Assembly: GCA_963793305.1 (NCBI GenBank)
Contig: CAWBZV010000003.1
Coordinates: forward strand, 64,001 to 128,000
Direction: 5' to 3'
Length of the DNA stretch: 64,000 nt
Origin: an uncultured Gemmatimonadales bacterium
Lineage (GTDB): Bacteria > Gemmatimonadota > Gemmatimonadetes > Gemmatimonadales > Gemmatimonadaceae
This document shows positions 11,454 through 21,500 of this stretch, in pieces; the stretch's first letter is position 1, and the number at the start of each line of letters is the position of its first letter. Under the pieces are notes generated by a model that was given only the letters and a program-made list of their open reading frames with translations, was not told where the DNA came from and ran no database searches. Both the position numbers and the translations under genes were made by a program.

Positions 11454-12422
11454 TTGCGAATTGCGCTCTGCGCGTTGCTCGCGATCCAGCTCCAGGCCCA
11501 GGTCGCGCCCGTGCCCGACTCGGGCCTCGCGACCGGCCTGGCGCTGTTCGACGCGGGTAATCGCACAGCGGCGGCAGCGCTCCTCGAGCCCTACGCAAAG
11601 ACGAACGCGGTCGCCGCGTTCGAGCTCGGACTGACGGCGCTCGACGGTGGCCGTTACGGTCCGGCGGTCGACTGGTTCGAGCGCGCCGTCGGGCTCGATC
11701 ACGACAACCCAATGTACTGGGACAAACTCGGCCAAGCCTACGCCGGGCACGCGCTGGAGTCCGATTTCTTCCTGAAGTACAAGCTCGCGCACCGGTGCAA
11801 GGCCGCGTTCGAGAAAGCCATCACGATCGACTCGACGAACCTCGACGCGCGCACGGACTTGATCGAGTACTACGCGCAGGCGCCCGGCATCGTCGGCGGC
11901 AACAAAGATCGCGCCCGCGAGATGTCGGTCGAGCTCGGCCAGTGGGCGCCGTACTACGGACTCCAGTCGATGCTGATCACGTGTCGCGTGTCGCGCGACT
12001 CGACCTGCGTGCGCGTCACGACGGACTCACTCATGACGGCATTCCCCGATTCCAGCCTGGGATACGTCGCCCGGGCGGACTGGCTCGCCAATGGCGAACA
12101 GTACGACTCGGCGTTCGCTTTGCTCGACCGGCGGCTGGCGCTGCATCCCGACGACTGGCAGACGCTCTATGAGCTCGGCCGCGTCGGCGCGAGCTCCGGC
12201 CTGAGGCTCGACGACGCGACGACCGCGCTCGAGCGCTTCATCGCCTCGCCCTTCGGCGCGAATCCATCGAAGCGCGTGCAACTGTCTCGCGCGCACTCCC
12301 GACTCGCCCAGGTGTTCGCGCGGGTGAACTTGCCGGATTCGGCGCGGGCCGAGTATGAATTGGCGGTGACGATCGATCCGAAGGACGGCGACGCCAAGAA
12401 AGCGCTGCGGTCGTTCCACTGA
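11454..12422 (+). CDS. secreted tetratricopeptide repeat protein
   Basis: GGGGGA RBS then TTG; signal peptide MRIALCALLAIQLQA; helical TPR repeats, APGIVGGNKDRA. Confidence 0.8.
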   Translation: MRIALCALLAIQLQAQVAPVPDSGLATGLALFDAGNRTAAAALLEPYAKTNAVAAFELGLTALDGGRYGPAVDWFERAVGLDHDNPMYWDKLGQAYAGHALESDFFLKYKLAHRCKAAFEKAITIDSTNLDARTDLIEYYAQAPGIVGGNKDRAREMSVELGQWAPYYGLQSMLITCRVSRDSTCVRVTTDSLMTAFPDSSLGYVARADWLANGEQYDSAFALLDRRLALHPDDWQTLYELGRVGASSGLRLDDATTALERFIASPFGANPSKRVQLSRAHSRLAQVFARVNLPDSARAEYELAVTIDPKDGDAKKALRSFH

Positions 12423-13156
12423 ACGCCCTGCTCCTCGTTTCCGCCGCGTTTCTGGCGGGAGCCATCAATGCCGTCGCCGGCGGCGGCACATTTCTCACGT
12501 TCCCGGCGCTCATCGTCGCGGGCATCTCGCCAATAGCGGCCAACGCGACGAGCACCGCGGCCGTCTGCCCGGGCGCTTTGGCCAGCGCACTCGCCTACCG
12601 TCGCGACGTCGCGGGACTCGGCCGCGGGTTCCTGATTGCGCTCGTCGCGATCAGCTTGGTCGGCGGGCTCGTTGGCGCGCTGTTGCTCCTGTGGACGCCC
12701 GAGACCACATTCTCGCGCCTCATTCCGTGGCTCCTGCTTGGTGCGACGCTGCTATTTGCCGGCGGGCGCCACGTCGCGCAAGCCGTTCGCTCGCGTGTGC
12801 ACGTGAGCTCGAATGCCATTCTCATCGGGCAATTTTTCATCGCGATCTATGGCGGCTACTTCGGTGGCGGCATCGGCATCCTGATGCTCGGCATGATGAC
12901 CGTGGCCGGCTTCACCGACGTGCACCAGATGAATGGCATCAAGGCATTGCTCTCCGGCTGCTTGAACGCCGTCGCCGTCGTCACGTTTGCCATTGCGCAC
13001 AAGATCGTGTGGCCGCCGGCACTTCTCATGGCCGTGGCCGCCATTGCCGGCGGCTACGCGGGCGGGGCGATTGCGCGGCGAGTCGATCCAGCGCGCATTC
13101 GCGCCCTCGTCATCGTTATTGGGGTCGCGATGACGGCGTACTTTTTTGTGAAGTGA
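12419..13156 (+). CDS. TauE/SafE family permease
   Basis: AGAINAVAGGGTFLTFP lies in frame upstream of the ORF-track start; IYGGYFGGGIGI motif; likely CTG start. Confidence 0.85.
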   Translation: MNALLLVSAAFLAGAINAVAGGGTFLTFPALIVAGISPIAANATSTAAVCPGALASALAYRRDVAGLGRGFLIALVAISLVGGLVGALLLLWTPETTFSRLIPWLLLGATLLFAGGRHVAQAVRSRVHVSSNAILIGQFFIAIYGGYFGGGIGILMLGMMTVAGFTDVHQMNGIKALLSGCLNAVAVVTFAIAHKIVWPPALLMAVAAIAGGYAGGAIARRVDPARIRALVIVIGVAMTAYFFVK

Positions 13157-13853
13157 GAAAGGCCTGGAACGCCGCGCGCGCCTCGTCCGAATGCAGCGCT
13201 TCTCGAAACAACTCGGCCTCGCGCCGAATCGCGGCCAGCACGTCGGCGCGATCGTGTCTCAGCAAGCGCTTCGTATAGCGCATGGCTTGGCGAGGTTTGG
13301 CGTCGAGCCGCTGGGCGATGGCTCGGGCGTGACCGAGTAAGGCTTCGTCCGGCACGATCTCGTTCGCGATGCCAACGGCGACCGCGATCTCGGCGTTGAA
13401 CGGCTCGCCGAGCATGAGCCACTGTGCGGCTCGTCTCATGCCAACGAGGCTCGGCAAGAGCAACGTGCTGGCGGCTTCAGGCACGAGTCCGAGGTCGATG
13501 AAGGGCATTTGAAATCGCGCCGACGGCGACACAAAGACAAAGTCGCAGTGCAGCAGCATGGTCGTGCCGATGCCGATGGCCGGACCGCGGACGGCGGCGA
13601 CTAGTGGCTTATCGAATTCCGCCAACGCAAAGAGAAAGCGAAAGACCGGCGCGTCCTCGCCCCCAGGCGGGTGTTCCAGGAAATCGCGGAGGTCATTCCC
13701 GGCGGTAAACGTCGATCCCGCGCCGGTGATGAGCACCGCGCCGACCGCATCATCCTGGCGGGCGGCGTTGAGGTCGGCCGCGAGCGATGTATACATCGCG
13801 GCCGTGATCGCGTTCTTTTTGTCAGGCCGATCGATGACCAGCGTGCGAATCAT
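13116..13853 (-). CDS. enoyl-CoA hydratase/isomerase
   Basis: DRPDKKNAIT, FTAGNDL, AIGIGTTMLLHCD, LGLVPEAAS. Confidence 0.93.
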   Translation of the reverse strand: MIRTLVIDRPDKKNAITAAMYTSLAADLNAARQDDAVGAVLITGAGSTFTAGNDLRDFLEHPPGGEDAPVFRFLFALAEFDKPLVAAVRGPAIGIGTTMLLHCDFVFVSPSARFQMPFIDLGLVPEAASTLLLPSLVGMRRAAQWLMLGEPFNAEIAVAVGIANEIVPDEALLGHARAIAQRLDAKPRQAMRYTKRLLRHDRADVLAAIRREAELFREALHSDEARAAFQAFLTSQKSTPSSRPQ

Positions 13854-14652
13854 GCGGGGCGTCTTCGTCGGTCATGGTGACGGTGCGTTCCAAGCGCGCG
13901 GCCATGCGCAGGAGAAAATCGTGCGGCTCGAGCTGCACGGCGAGTGACGACGGCAGGAACCCCGAGACGATGTGCACTTCGTTGGCGAACCCGCGTTCGG
14001 TCGCGTAGCCGAGTTTGCTGGCGACGTTGCGCACGGAGGCGCGCGCGGTTCGCAGGTAGTGATACGCCCGCACCACGCGTGCGACGCGCACGATCATCCA
14101 ACCGGGCGCGAGCCCCGCGCGTTCGAGCGCGCGGTCGAACGTGCGGCGTGACATCACGGCGGTGCGCGCCAGCTCGTCGACGCTGGCGATCGTGTGCGGC
14201 GCGCGCAGCAACTCTTCGATCGCGTGCGCGAGCGACGGCGGCACCTTGCGGAGCAGCTCGTCGATCATCGGCAAGAGCAACTCGGTCAAGGTGTCCGCTG
14301 GCAGCGCATCCAGCAAAGTCCGTATCGCTTCTGGACTGTCGTCGAATCCGCGGAGCATTAAGTGCCGATAGCCGTGCGCGGCGAGGACGCCATGCGCGCG
14401 CACCGCGTCAGGCGACACCGTCGTGTACGCGATCACGTGGACCGACGAATGACGCGCGAGCACGGCGACGAGCGCCGGCAGCGCGTCGAGCCCGACGAGT
14501 TGCGGATCGATGATGGCGACATTGATCGGATAGAACCTGAGTGCGCCCTCGAGCTCCGACAGCCCCATGACGTTGTGCACGGCGTGCACACCGCGGACGA
14601 CGGCACGGAAGGGGCGCAGGAGTTGGTCAGGCAAATAGGCAGCTATGTCCAT
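13822..14652 (-). CDS. AraC family regulator with N-terminal receiver-like domain
   Basis: C-terminal double HTH (SVDELARTAVMSRRTFDR, VRNVASKLGYATERGF); N-terminal INVAIIDP...VIAYT receiver-like pattern. Confidence 0.8.
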   Translation of the reverse strand: MDIAAYLPDQLLRPFRAVVRGVHAVHNVMGLSELEGALRFYPINVAIIDPQLVGLDALPALVAVLARHSSVHVIAYTTVSPDAVRAHGVLAAHGYRHLMLRGFDDSPEAIRTLLDALPADTLTELLLPMIDELLRKVPPSLAHAIEELLRAPHTIASVDELARTAVMSRRTFDRALERAGLAPGWMIVRVARVVRAYHYLRTARASVRNVASKLGYATERGFANEVHIVSGFLPSSLAVQLEPHDFLLRMAARLERTVTMTDEDAPHDSHAGHRSA

Positions 14653-14815
14653 GTGACAGAACGATCGAGCGAACTCGGCAGGAATCGTGCAGTTGACTCA
14701 CGTAGCGTGGCTGGCTCACGACTGAGATTGGCCTGATGACGACATGGGCGCCCCCCAGCCCTAACCCAACTATTCAGTTGACGGGATCGAAACCCTCCAC
14801 GTTACCGAGGAACGC

Positions 14816-14971
14816 ATGGCCAAACGTTTCGGGCTGATTGCGGCAGTCGCGCTGATATCAGGCGTACTCGCGGCGTGCAGCAACCCGACGGCTCCGGCCG
14901 CAGCGCCAAGCACGAATCACATCAACGTGCCGCAGCAGTCCGCCGGCGTGTTGATCGGCGGCGATACCTGA
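14816..14971 (+). CDS. small 51-aa lipoprotein/peptide precursor (below ORF-track cutoff)
   Basis: GAGGA RBS at 14807-14811; MAKRFGLIAAVALISGVLAA-CSNPTAPAAAPSTNHINVPQQSAGVLIGGDT*; basic N-terminus, hydrophobic core, lipobox LAAC. Confidence 0.8.
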   Translation: MAKRFGLIAAVALISGVLAACSNPTAPAAAPSTNHINVPQQSAGVLIGGDT

Positions 14972-14979
14972 CTCAATCG

Positions 14980-16326
14980 CTAGTCGGCCTCCCCGGCGGT
15001 CGCCATCTCGCGTAATTCGCGGACAAAGCTCGTGACACGTTCGATGGCCGACGTCGGCGGTTGAGTGAGGTGTCGCGCATCGCGCGTCGGCAACACTGGC
15101 GCCGCGCTGAGCTGTTCCGCCATGATCAAAATCTGGTTGAACCGATGCTGCTCGGCGAGATGAATCGCTCGCGCGAGCGCATTGCGTGCATCGGCGGCGC
15201 GGCCGAACCGTCGATAGCCATCGCCGAGTTGCAGGTAGTACCTGGCCGCGATATGCGGCGGCAGCGCCTTCGCCGCGGCAAGCTCGCGCGCCAGGCGATT
15301 GAACAACGTCTCCTGCCCGTCGCCGGCGGCCAGCTCCAGCAGATTGACGGTTGCCGACCATCGCTGCATCTGCGTCGATCCCGCCGCGCGCAACACGAGC
15401 AGTGCGTCACGCCCCGCATCGCGGTGCCCGAGCTCGACCAGCACCTGAGCGATGTCGTGCAGCGCGTTGTCGCGCAGCCGGTCCTCGGTGTAGACGCGCA
15501 TGGCCTCGTGCAGGTGCGTCAGCGCGCACTCGAACTGCTCACGCTCGTATGCGACATAGGCCCGCTCGTGGAGCGCTCGCGCGAGCGTCTCAAAGTACGA
15601 CGGGTGCTGATTCGACATCGCACGGGCGTCGTCAATGACGTCGTCGAGCAGGGTCTCCGCGGCCGGCAGGTCGCCACGCAGCCGGATGACGGACGCCGCA
15701 CCCGTGCGGGCCAACAGCGAGTTGTACGCGTCGCCCACGGCGTTCGCGGCCCCGACCGCCATTTCGTACGCGTCTGCCGCGTCCGCGAGACGGCCGAGGT
15801 GGCGACGACAGCGCCCCAGTCGAACGCACGCGTTCGGGACGAGCTCGAACTCGTCGGCGGTGCGTGCATGCGCGAGGAACGTCCAGTAAACGTCGTCGGC
15901 GAGCTTCCACAGCTGGGTGTCGTCGCCGTCCAGCAACCGCGCATAGGCGAGAACGCTGGTCAAGACAACCGGCGACCGCCGCGCCCACCAGCGCGTGACG
16001 GCGAGCACGATGCCCGTGAGGATGTTCGGGATGGGCCCCGCCTCGCACGCGATGACCGCGCGCTGCACGGCCTCGATCTCTTCCAGCGTCGGCGTCGGCA
16101 CGGCGGGCGCTCGACTGTTCGCCCAGCGGTCGACCAACCGCATGGTGACCAGTCCGGCCATCGTGACCCGCCAGGCTGGTTCCTGCTCAATGGCCGCGCC
16201 CTCGAGGCCGCGCGCCTGGCCCGCCTCGGCCAAATCCCTGAGAACCGCAAAGAACCCCTCGTGCGCGGTCGCGCGTCGCGCGCCGGCCGACACTCCGGCC
16301 AGGCCGGTCATCATGTCGAGTGGCAT
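14980..16326 (-). CDS. cytoplasmic TPR repeat protein (start uncertain, 16311-16365)
   Basis: Successive TPR-like helices (LGRCRRHLGRLADAADAY, ALHDIAQVLVELGHRDAG, YYLQLGDGYRRFGRAADA); no signal peptide or clear HTH. Confidence 0.8.
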   Translation of the reverse strand: MPLDMMTGLAGVSAGARRATAHEGFFAVLRDLAEAGQARGLEGAAIEQEPAWRVTMAGLVTMRLVDRWANSRAPAVPTPTLEEIEAVQRAVIACEAGPIPNILTGIVLAVTRWWARRSPVVLTSVLAYARLLDGDDTQLWKLADDVYWTFLAHARTADEFELVPNACVRLGRCRRHLGRLADAADAYEMAVGAANAVGDAYNSLLARTGAASVIRLRGDLPAAETLLDDVIDDARAMSNQHPSYFETLARALHERAYVAYEREQFECALTHLHEAMRVYTEDRLRDNALHDIAQVLVELGHRDAGRDALLVLRAAGSTQMQRWSATVNLLELAAGDGQETLFNRLARELAAAKALPPHIAARYYLQLGDGYRRFGRAADARNALARAIHLAEQHRFNQILIMAEQLSAAPVLPTRDARHLTQPPTSAIERVTSFVRELREMATAGEAD

Positions 16327-16408
16327 CGTAAGACCCAACATTGATCCGCCGCCCCCCAGGGGCAAGTGGCGAGATCACCCCTTGCGCGTAGCGTCCGGGC
16401 CCCGCTCG

Positions 16409-17275
16409 CTACGGCCGCTGGCCAACCGTTATGGGCGCGTCCAGGGCATCGAGATGTTCCCGCCGCAGAATCGCCCGTCCGTCGGCCGAAAGCAGAAACC
16501 GCACAAACGCATTCGCCGGACCCGGGTGTGGCGCATGTGCCGGAATCGAAAGCCCATACACGATCGGCTCACCGCGAACCAACACGGTATCCACACGCAC
16601 GCTCGCCTGTGCATAGAACGCCGAATCTTTTGCGTCACTCAAGTCGATCTCGCGCGGCAACGCGACGTACGACAGCCCGGCGGCCTCGGCGACCGATTCG
16701 TACTCCCATGCATAGTCCAGGTCGCCGGTCTGCACGAGCGCGGTCAGATCGGCCGATTTGGGACGCATATTGCGCGGCGGTGCCGCAGCCAGCAGCCGGT
16801 CAGCGAGCCCGGGGCGCTTGTAGTACTTCTCGGCCAGCTGCCACACGAGCAGCGCCCGATATCCCGCCGGGTCGAGCTTGGGATCGCTCCGCCCGACTTC
16901 GGCGCCAGGCTTGGTGAGCACGTCGAACCAGTTGGCCGCGGTGACCTGCTTCCCCTTCGAATATGTGATCACCATGCGATTCCGCGCGAACTGCACGTAC
17001 CAGGTCACGTGCGTCGGCATGAGATAGCGCGGAAAGACCTCGTAGTCCGCAAGCGCAATGACATCGGGAATGCGCCCGAGCTCCGTCAGCTTGCGGGCGG
17101 TCTCGAGGCTCCCCGCGTTCTCTTGCTGCACGACCGTGTGCGTACGAACAGCAAAAGAGTCCAGCGCGACCTTGATCGGCAGCGCCAGGCTCCCCGCGTC
17201 AAAGACAGTCAGCGTGTCCGCTTGCGCGGAAAAAACAATGCTACTTGTGAGAAAAAAGTGGCAGAAACTGACCAT
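16409..17275 (-). CDS. molybdate/tungstate ABC substrate-binding protein (WtpA/ModA-like)
   Basis: [44 protein letters not shown]. Confidence 0.85.
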   Translation of the reverse strand: MVSFCHFFLTSSIVFSAQADTLTVFDAGSLALPIKVALDSFAVRTHTVVQQENAGSLETARKLTELGRIPDVIALADYEVFPRYLMPTHVTWYVQFARNRMVITYSKGKQVTAANWFDVLTKPGAEVGRSDPKLDPAGYRALLVWQLAEKYYKRPGLADRLLAAAPPRNMRPKSADLTALVQTGDLDYAWEYESVAEAAGLSYVALPREIDLSDAKDSAFYAQASVRVDTVLVRGEPIVYGLSIPAHAPHPGPANAFVRFLLSADGRAILRREHLDALDAPITVGQRP

Positions 17276-17684
17276 AGCCCTCGGCCTCGAGGCGATCGAC
17301 AGGAATGAATCGGAGCGACGCCGAGTTCATGCAGTACCGTTGCCCGGTCGGCGCCGGGCCATCGTCAAACACATGCCCGAGGTGCGAATCGGCGTTGGCG
17401 GAGCGCACTTCGGTGCGGCTCATTAACAAATGCCGGTCTTCTTTCGTCCGTACGTTGGCTGGAACGAGGGGCTTCGTGAAACTCGGCCACCCCGTACCCG
17501 ACTCGAACTTGTCCAGTGAACTGAAAAGCGGTTCGCCGGAAACCACGTCGACGTATATGCCCGCGTCGTGGTTATCCCAATACTCGTTGCGGAACGGCGG
17601 CTCCGTTCCCTCGTGTTGCGTGACTTTGTACTGCAGTGGCGTGAGCCGCTCTTTCAGCTCGGCGTCAGTCGGCTTCGTAGACAT
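17241..17684 (-). CDS. msrB: peptide-methionine (R)-S-oxide reductase
   Basis: [36 protein letters not shown]. Confidence 0.96.
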   Translation of the reverse strand: MSTKPTDAELKERLTPLQYKVTQHEGTEPPFRNEYWDNHDAGIYVDVVSGEPLFSSLDKFESGTGWPSFTKPLVPANVRTKEDRHLLMSRTEVRSANADSHLGHVFDDGPAPTGQRYCMNSASLRFIPVDRLEAEGYGQFLPLFSHK

Positions 17685-17705
17685 ACGTGAATATGATACG
17701 CAGTT

Positions 17706-17745
17706 GGGGGGTCCGGGGGGCGTCGTTGGGGTTTGCCCCCCGGAG
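17706..17745. repeat. GC-rich REP-like hairpin
   Basis: GGGGGTCCGGGGGGC...GCCCCCCGGA inverted repeat in the intergenic region. Confidence 0.5.
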
Positions 17746-17823
17746 GCGAACCAATGTAGCGTTTTGACGCGAGAGCGGCGAAACGCGTGCGTCGCGCAGC
17801 GGCGCAAGCGACAGAAAGTCCGC

Positions 17824-17851
17824 TTGTCGACCTCTGCCGCGATGGTAGATT
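17824..17851 (+). promoter_or_regulatory. putative extended -10 promoter upstream of the riboswitch
   Basis: TTGTCG, 16-nt spacer, TGgTAGATT. Confidence 0.4.
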
Positions 17852-17896
17852 GTAAGAGCAGTCGCACGAAACAGGCGTCGAGGGTCCCTCCTGGGG

Positions 17897-17995
17897 TGCT
17901 CACGACAATGGCAGACCCGCTGAAAGGCGGGGACGCAAAGCTCTGGAGGCTACGGCGTTCATGTGGACGCTACGCCAGTCCGGCCGCCGAACAGC
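17897..17995 (+). ncRNA. c-di-GMP-I (GEMM) riboswitch
   Basis: GGCAGA-CCCGCT-GAAA-GGCGGG-GACGCAAAGC...CTAcG...GCCGCCGA matches the GEMM-I architecture (P2 GNRA loop, GACGCAAAGC junction, CCGA 3' end). Confidence 0.85.
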
Positions 17996-18017
17996 TAGCC
18001 AGATCGAGGGAGTGCCA

Positions 18018-18428
18018 ATGCTCGAGCGCGTGACAGAGTCGCCGCGCACCGTGTTGGTCGTGGATGACAGTGAGGATACGCGCGTGATGTACGGCGCGTA
18101 TCTCCGTCACGTGGGATACCACGTGCGCGAAGCGGCCACCGGCGCCGCCGCGCTCGCGCTCGCCCGCCATGAACCGATCAACGTCATCCTCATGGACATC
18201 GCGTTGCCCGAAATGGATGGGTTCGAGGCGACGCGACGGCTCAAGGCCGATCCCGAGACGCAACGTATTCCCGTTGTCGCGCTCACCGCGTACGCCGTGC
18301 CGCCTGCGCCCGAGCGCGCCGCGGAGGCCGGTTGCGCCGCTTACCTGGCGAAGCCGTGCACGCCGCGCGAAGTCGTGGCGACCATCGAGCGCGTGCTCGA
18401 AGGCATACCGGCGCTGAAGAAGAGCTAA
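18018..18428 (+). CDS. single-domain response regulator (DivK/CheY-like)
   Basis: VLVVDD, ILMDIALPEMDG, VVALTA, YLAKP; GAGGGAG RBS. Confidence 0.93.
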   Translation: MLERVTESPRTVLVVDDSEDTRVMYGAYLRHVGYHVREAATGAAALALARHEPINVILMDIALPEMDGFEATRRLKADPETQRIPVVALTAYAVPPAPERAAEAGCAAYLAKPCTPREVVATIERVLEGIPALKKS

Positions 18429-18546
18429 CGACCGCGAACGACTGCATCGTTACGAGGTCGTTGCCGCTCGCGTTCTAGGATTCTGCTATCGGCATATAGC
18501 ATGGCCCTCTTGCTCAACGGTCAACTTTTTCTCCGAGCCGGAGGGT

Positions 18547-21500
18547 ATGCAGGTGCGTATCATTAGTCGGGCGGGCGCAACGCTTCTCGCGTTCGCGCTC
18601 TCGCTCGCCGTTAGTGTCACGGCGCGCGCACAAGGTGTGTACACAGCGGCGGTGCAAGGCACTGTTCTCAATGCGCAGAAGCAACCACTCCCCAACGTCA
18701 CGGTACTGCTGACGAACCCGGCCACCGGCGAGCGGTGGGGCTCGGTGACCGGAACAACGGGACGCTACGCGATCGAAAATGTCCCAGTCGGCGGACCATA
18801 CCATCTCATCGCCCGCACGGTCGGCTACACGCCCGAGCAGCTGAACGGGATTTTTCTCGTCCTCGGCCAACGCTTCGTCGGCGATTTCACGCTGACTGCG
18901 TCGCCGGTCGAGCTCCAGACCGTGCAAGTGACCGTGCCCAAGTCCGAGCTCGATGACGCGACCCGCACCGGGGCATCGTACACGATCAGCGATTCGCTGG
19001 TTCACTCGACGCCGTCGGTCGACCGCGACTTCCAGGCGCTGCTCGAGATGGCGCCGGAAGTCAGCTTCTCGCAGGGCAGCCTCTCGATCGCGGGCGAGAA
19101 CAACCGCTTCAACAACATTCTGATCGACGGCAGCGTCAACAACGACCTGTTCGGGTTGGCCGACAACGGGCTGCCGGGCGGCCAGATCAGCGCGCGGGCG
19201 ATCCCGCTCGAAGCCGTCGACCAGTTACAGCTGCAGATCGCGCCGTACAACGTCCGCCTCGGCGGATTCACGGGCGGGCTCGTCAACGTCGTCACGCGCT
19301 CGGGCACGAACGAGTTCCATGGCTCGCTGCTCGAGTACTTCAGAAATCAGAGTCTCGTCGGCGAGAATATCTTCGGCCAGCACATTCCGCCGTTCGCGAA
19401 TCACGACTTCGGTGGATCGTTCAGCGGGCCGATCGTGAAGGACGTCGCCCACTTCTTCGTCGCATTCGAGACCCGCTACTCGCAGTCGCCAACCTCACCG
19501 ACCCTGGGATCCAACGACACGCAGAACATCGATCAGATCGGCTACTCGATGGCGGCCGCGCAACAGATCGCCCAGAAGATCTCCTCGTACGGCGTCAACC
19601 CTGGCACGCTCAGTGGCCAGACGTTGAACAATCCGAATCCGATCATCTTCGGCAAGGTGGACTTTCAGCTCGCGCCGGGCAACACGATGACAATCTCGGA
19701 GAATTACGCGAGCGGGTACAACGATTTCATCGATCGCAATTACATCACGTCCGGCAACTACGATTTTTCCTCGGACGGCTACAAGATCAAGAATTGGAAC
19801 TCGACGACGCGGTTCAACTACGACGCCACGTTCGGCGGCATTTTCTCGAACAGCCTCATCATCTCGGGGATGTTGATCCGCGACAACCGCCCGCCCAACT
19901 CCAACTCTCCGCAAATCTCCGTCCGGTACACCACACCGTCCGGGCCGGACTCGGGTTCGAGCGGCAACTACGTGCTCGGCGCCGAGGAGTACTCGCAGGA
20001 CAACAACCTGAACCAGAACATCGTCGAGCTGACCGACAACCTGACGATGGCGCTCGGCGATCACCACCTGACCATCGGCACGCACAACGAGTTCTATCAG
20101 TTCCAGAACAACTTCTTCCCGCAAGCGTTTGGGCAATGGACGTTCAGCTCCGTTCAGAATTTCCTCGCCGGCAATGCCAGCGAGTACCAGATCGCGCTCC
20201 CGCTGCGTCCGGGCGGCCCCTACGCGAACTGGACAGCGAACCAGCTCGGTGGCTATGTCCAAGATCAGTGGGCGCCGAGTGACCGGCTGACGCTCATGGG
20301 CGGAGTCCGGGTCGATGTGCCGCTCATCCCGACCGCTCCGAAGCAGAACCCCACGCTGCTCTCGCAGTCCGGCATCAATACCGCATCGTTCCCCAACGGC
20401 AACGCGCAGTTCTCACCACGCATCGGCTTCAACTACGACCTCCTCGGTGACCGCTCGACGATCATCCGCGGCGGCACCGGGCTGTTCCAAGGCCGGCCGG
20501 CGTTCGTCTGGCTGTCTGACGCGTACAGCAATACGGGTGTCGACCAGACCTTGCTCACGTGCCGTGGCAACGTCGTGCCGACCTTCACGCCAGTGGCGAG
20601 CCAACAGCCCCAGACGTGCAGCGGCGGCCCGGGCTCCTCGCCGCCCGTGCCGACCATCAACACATTCAATAGCAACGTCCAATTCCCGCAGATCTGGCGG
20701 TCGTCGCTCGGCATCGATCGCCGGCTCGGCGACGGCTTCATCGCCAAGCTCGATGGCCAGTACTCGCTCACCGAGCACCAGATCTATCTCATCGATCAGA
20801 ACATCAAGGTGCAGGGCTACCTCGCGGGCGAAGGTAACCGCCCGATTTACGGCTCCGAGCCGACCGATCCGTTCCAGTACTACATCAGCCCGACGCATCT
20901 CAACCCGAACTTCGGGCCGATCATTTCGGGCATCAACCGCAGCGGCGACTACGGCTACTCGATCACTCCACAGATCGGCAAGACGTTCGGGCGCTGGTTG
21001 CTCGGATCGTACGGCGAGATCCACGCGTCGTACACGTACGCGCAGAGCTTCGACCGGATGTCGCTGTCGTCGAGCATCGCCACCTCGAACTACCAGTACA
21101 GCGAGCTCAGTGGGAACGCGACGATCTTCAACCGGCCGCTGACGCCGTCGGAATGGTCGACGCCGAACCAGATCAAGGTCAGCGCGATGAACGTCTTCCC
21201 GCTCGGGATCAAGGGGTCGATGTTCTATGTCGGGCGGTCTGGCACGCCATACTCCTATGCCGTGAGCGGCGACGTCAGCGGCCTAGGCGTCAGCTCTGGC
21301 GGGACGACGAACATGATCTATGTCCCCAAGACCATCAACGACATCACGCTCACCGATGCGAACGGGAACGTGCTGGCCGCCCCGGCGAAGCAACAAGTGT
21401 GGAATCAGCTCAATTCCTACATCAATTCCGTCTCGTGCTTGGCCTCGGCCCGCGGCACGATCATGGGCCGTAACGCGTGCCGCAATCCGTGGCAGGACAT

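Noticed and set aside
14816..14971. RiPP precursor
   Set aside because: No modifying enzyme (radical SAM, YcaO, LanM, lasso cyclase) or dedicated transporter nearby; the lipobox points to export
15061..17308. Long plus-strand ORFs 15061..16344 and 15995..17308
   Set aside because: Antisense shadows of the TPR and tungstate-binding genes, typical of high-GC DNA, with no motifs
18488..18514. sigma54 promoter before the TonB receptor
   Set aside because: GG and GC are not at the required -24/-12 spacing
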